NCBI GenBank assembly: GCA_949358305.1
Contig: OX442314.1
Coordinates: 20,708,001 to 20,772,000 of the forward strand
From: Strigamia acuminata
Taxonomy: Eukaryota
Length of the DNA: 64,000 nucleotides
Direction: 5' to 3'
The notes under the pieces were generated by a model. That model did no database searches and was not told the origin of the DNA. It saw nothing but the letters and a program-made list of their open reading frames with translations. Position 1 is the stretch's first letter. The number at the start of each line of letters is the position of its first letter. Made by a program: the position numbers and the translations under genes. Positions 61,819 to 64,000 of this stretch are shown piece after piece.

Positions 61819-63416
61819 CATAGATATAGATTACTCACTGGATAGCTGAGTCTATTGTCTCAGCGATCCTATGTTCGGTTGGCAGGAAGTGACGTCACAC
61901 CAAGTATTGTTCACTTCCTGTTTATGCTTTCGCCATGGTAAACACACGGTAAACACAGATTTTCAACGAGTTTCGCGCAATTTTCGCCCTACTTTTGATC
62001 TTGCATCCATCGACACACGTCCAGAGCAAGTGTGAGAAAGGTCCTACTCCAATTCCACGCTCACATCGATCTCGTCCGTGTCCGTGTCCTCGTTCGCTTT
62101 TCGATCGGCGCGCAAATTGAATCACCTCGACCACTCGCGATACGTCCGAAGCGCTCGCATTTTCCACCACGTACTCGACCAAGCAATCGAGATAAAGGTC
62201 TGTCACGTCGGATCCTAGAACGTTGACGTCTTTTCGCGCGGAAGAGCAGAACGCCAAAGCCGCTTCCGCAGCAGATAACTGGCCGTCGAAACGGCGAGAC
62301 GAGAAGCAAGACGAGCGTCGCTTTTCAGAATTTCTCATCGTCCGACAAGCACCCGCAGCTGTGGGAGCATCGAGACTCGTCACCCGATACCAACAACAAT
62401 CCGAATCTTTCGAGCCATTCCTCGTTCTTGTCGTCGGCTCGTGAACATATTTTCGCGCATCCCTTCACCACCGAAATGTCTTTCTCTTTCTCTTTCTGTT
62501 TCTCTTCCACGAGGTTCGTCAACCGTAATAAACTTGAATTGGATACAATGGTGAAAATAATTACCGTAATAATTAATTTAATAAATAATTTTCATTCATT
62601 TTATTTTCAAATATAAATTTATACTTGTGAGTGTTTTGAATCAAGAGCGATTCCATAATATTTTGGCTTGGGTTTGTTCTTTATTATCACATTTTGAGAT
62701 GTGTGCGTAAAAATGGAAGAATTCATACAGTTTTGTTATCTTATTTTATTACTGTTCAACATCAGCCGAAAATTAAAATCCAAATTAAATTAAATTTGAC
62801 TTGATTTTCTAAAAATAATGGCCAAGCTTTGCCGGCATGAATACACAAACACCACTACGATTCCATCGCTATGATTCCATCGCTACGATTCCATAATACG
62901 CGAAAATATGCTCACGAGCCGAGCCGGCAGGCATTCGGGCGGCATACATTCGGGCGGCATACATTCGGGCGGCATTTGTGCGGTATTCGTGCGGCATTCG
63001 AAAAGACGCCAACGTTCTAGGATCCGACGTGACAGACCTTTATCTCGATTGCTTGGTCGAGTACGTGGTGGAAAATGCGAGCGCTTCGGACGTATCGCGA
63101 GTGGTCGAGGTGATTCAATTTGTGCGCCGATCGAAAAGCGAACGAGGACACGGACACGGACGAGATCGATGTGAGCGTGGAATTGGAGTAGGACCTTTCT
63201 CACACTTGCTCTGGACGTGTGTCGATGGATGCAAGATCAAAAGTAGAGCGAAAATTGCGCGAAACTCGTTGAAAATTTGTGTTTACCGTGTGTTTACCAT
63301 GGCGAAAGCATAAACAGGAAGTGAACAATACTTGGTGTGACGTCACTTCCTGCCAACCGAACATCTGATCGCTGAGACAATAGACTCAGCTATCCAGTGA
63401 GTAATCTATATCTATG
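61819..63416. mobile_element. Foldback DNA transposon with 418-bp TIRs, probably P superfamily (Galileo-like), non-autonomous
   Basis: Arms 61819-62236 and 62999-63416 are reverse complements with about six mismatches; CA...TG termini; 7-bp TSD GTAGAGC at 61812-61818 and 63417-63423. No THAP or transposase ORF recognised. The superfamily is inferred from termini and TSD length. Confidence 0.88.
62855..63000. repeat. Short tandem repeats inside the foldback spacer
   Basis: 3x 14-bp CTAYGATTCCATCG (62855-62894) and about 3x 15-bp GGCATACATTCGGGC plus degenerate units (62926-63000). Confidence 0.85.
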
Positions 63417-64000
63417 GTAGAGCACAGTCCACAGTTAGGCGTAATCCGACTCAACCAATTGGAAATAGGTCAACGTTGTATCGGTTTAGAGTATAGTATA
63501 GGTTTTAACCAGTTTAACGCAATATCAATACAATTTATGAATGTAATTTATTTAGCATAAATTCAATATATCAGAGATCAAAAGTAATTAGACAACTTTG
63601 AATCAGATAACAATAAAAGCACTCACAAGGCAGTTGCACTTCAAATTGACACTAAGAAGTGTGTTGTAACAGATATCATGAAGTATTTTCATGCGTTTGT
63701 TAAAGTATTTCGTGCTTCCTTATCTGGACAACCAAAAGCAACCACATGTAGGCAAGTTGGCAGACCCTAGAGTGAATGCAGCAGATTTGATAACAAACGA
63801 GTCTACCATGCCACAAATATGAGTGTTTTTACAACTAAAGACACCTCAAGGTGATGCTAAAATTTATGGTACAAATCCAGAAAAAATATCTTTAACTTCA
63901 AAAAAGAAGCAGATGGCCCGATTATTACTGGATAAAATAATCCAGAGCAACAAATCAAAGGTTCTGACGTTTGGAACTTATTGAATTAAGTACTTAGGAC

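Larger units (their letters stand above)
61634..63497. repeat. Outer 32-bp inverted repeat bracketing the foldback element
   Basis: ACTATACTCTAATCCGATACAACGTTGACCTA (61634-61665) versus 63466-63497, one mismatch. Confidence 0.8.

Noticed and set aside
61922..63313. Mirror ORFs in the foldback arms as transposase
   Set aside because: No THAP or DDE motifs and non-ATG starts; duplicated only because of the inverted repeat.

Overview
AT-rich, gene-poor eukaryotic DNA. It is probably arthropod, inferred from the TE families, TCAGT initiators and an insect-type tRNA-Ser primer site. By eye the + strand is A/C-rich, and the best splice and promoter signals lie on the - strand, so most of the window looks like long introns of an unidentified minus-strand gene. 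Candidate parts of that gene are a TATA promoter with a first exon near 21.1-21.4 kb, a second ATG-bearing exon near 47.8 kb (both end in phase 2), and a zero-length-exon (recursive splice) motif at 25.5 kb. The only long ORF belongs to a young 2.94-kb LTR element (32729-35668). It has identical 132-bp LTRs, a 5-bp TSD, a PBS and a PPT, and encodes Gag + protease + an acidic tail, with no RT, RNase H or integrase. Other elements are a deleted DIRS-type tyrosine-recombinase element, a non-autonomous hAT element with an internal foldback, a complete DINE-1/HINE-like Helentron derivative carrying a CTCF-like motif, a P/Galileo-like foldback element with 418-bp TIRs, and several short dispersed repeat families. 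Nearly all short ORFs in the track appear spurious. All comparisons were made by eye; no searches were run.
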